From: an uncultured Dehalococcoidaceae bacterium
GTDB lineage: Bacteria > Chloroflexota > Dehalococcoidia > Dehalococcoidales > RBG-16-60-22
DNA length: 64,000 nucleotides
Assembly (NCBI GenBank): GCA_964468755.1
Contig: CAYXWH010000002.1
Span: 5,444 to 69,443, forward strand
Direction: 5' to 3'
This document shows positions 63,857 through 64,000 of this stretch, in pieces. Numbering within the stretch: the stretch's first letter is position 1; each line of letters starts with the position of its first letter. The notes under the pieces were generated by a model, which did not search any database, had not been told where the DNA came from, and saw nothing but the letters and a program-made list of their open reading frames with translations. The position numbers and the translations under genes are program-made.

Positions 63857-64000
63857 ACCTCAGCCTCCTTGATTCGGCAAGAACGCCAAGTATTCTATAT
63901 CATCAACTCCAGCCAGCACAATTTTACCTTTGAGCTGTGACCCCGCCAATCAAGAAACCGCTATCGAGCCCACCGGCAGGGGATAATCAGCCATCACCCG

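Noticed and set aside
1-64000. Scan for CRISPR arrays, tRNA, rRNA or tmRNA genes, transposases, integrases, and phage or toxin-antitoxin modules.
   Set aside because: I saw no regularly spaced direct repeats, no GTTCGAATC-type T-arm contexts forming cloverleaves, and no recombinase- or transposase-like translations. This was by eye only. A tRNAscan or Infernal run would be needed for certainty.

Overview
This is a 64 kb bacterial chromosomal segment with tightly packed genes and about 55% GC by eye. The protein sequences and gene order look like Chloroflexota/Dehalococcoidia, but that is inference with no search run. I found no rRNA, tRNA, CRISPR array, transposase or integrase.

Most of the window is housekeeping:
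- Translation and tRNA: trmD-rplS, def, thrS-infC-rpmI-rplT, pheST, proS, rsmI-metG.
- DNA metabolism and competence: priA, comEA-comEC, mutL-pcrA.
- Biosynthesis: pyrE, ribE-ribBA-ribH, dxr-rseP-ispG, a polyprenyl synthase, moaE, glnA.
- Other: trkA pair, msrB-msrA, lepB, ftsH.

Less conserved parts:
- A crp-ferredoxin-small Cys/His protein operon with neighbouring orphan genes (37.3-40.2 kb).
- An orphan response regulator with an HD-GYP-type output domain, followed by a TRAP transporter plus acyl-CoA ligase operon (48-54 kb).
- A divergent cluster of flavoprotein, amidohydrolase, FMN-dehydrogenase and two MFS transporters, followed by a decayed molybdoenzyme gene (55.7-63.9 kb).

Two observations stand out:
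1. **Tyr-rich leader ORF.** An unannotated 19-codon ORF (49199-49258) reads MQLNYYASYYYYAYYYHER, with 9 Tyr codons. It sits behind a good promoter and inside a complete anti-antiterminator / antiterminator / terminator arrangement, directly upstream of the TRAP-ligase operon. I read this as a candidate tyrosine-sensing leader-peptide attenuator.
2. **Candidate selenoprotein MsrA.** msrA has an in-frame TGA exactly at the catalytic Cys position (GUFWG), followed by a SECIS-like hairpin. The protein also has an N-terminal hydrophobic anchor.

All calls rest on reading the translations and the DNA by eye. No database search or RNA folding program was run. Start codons are best guesses.
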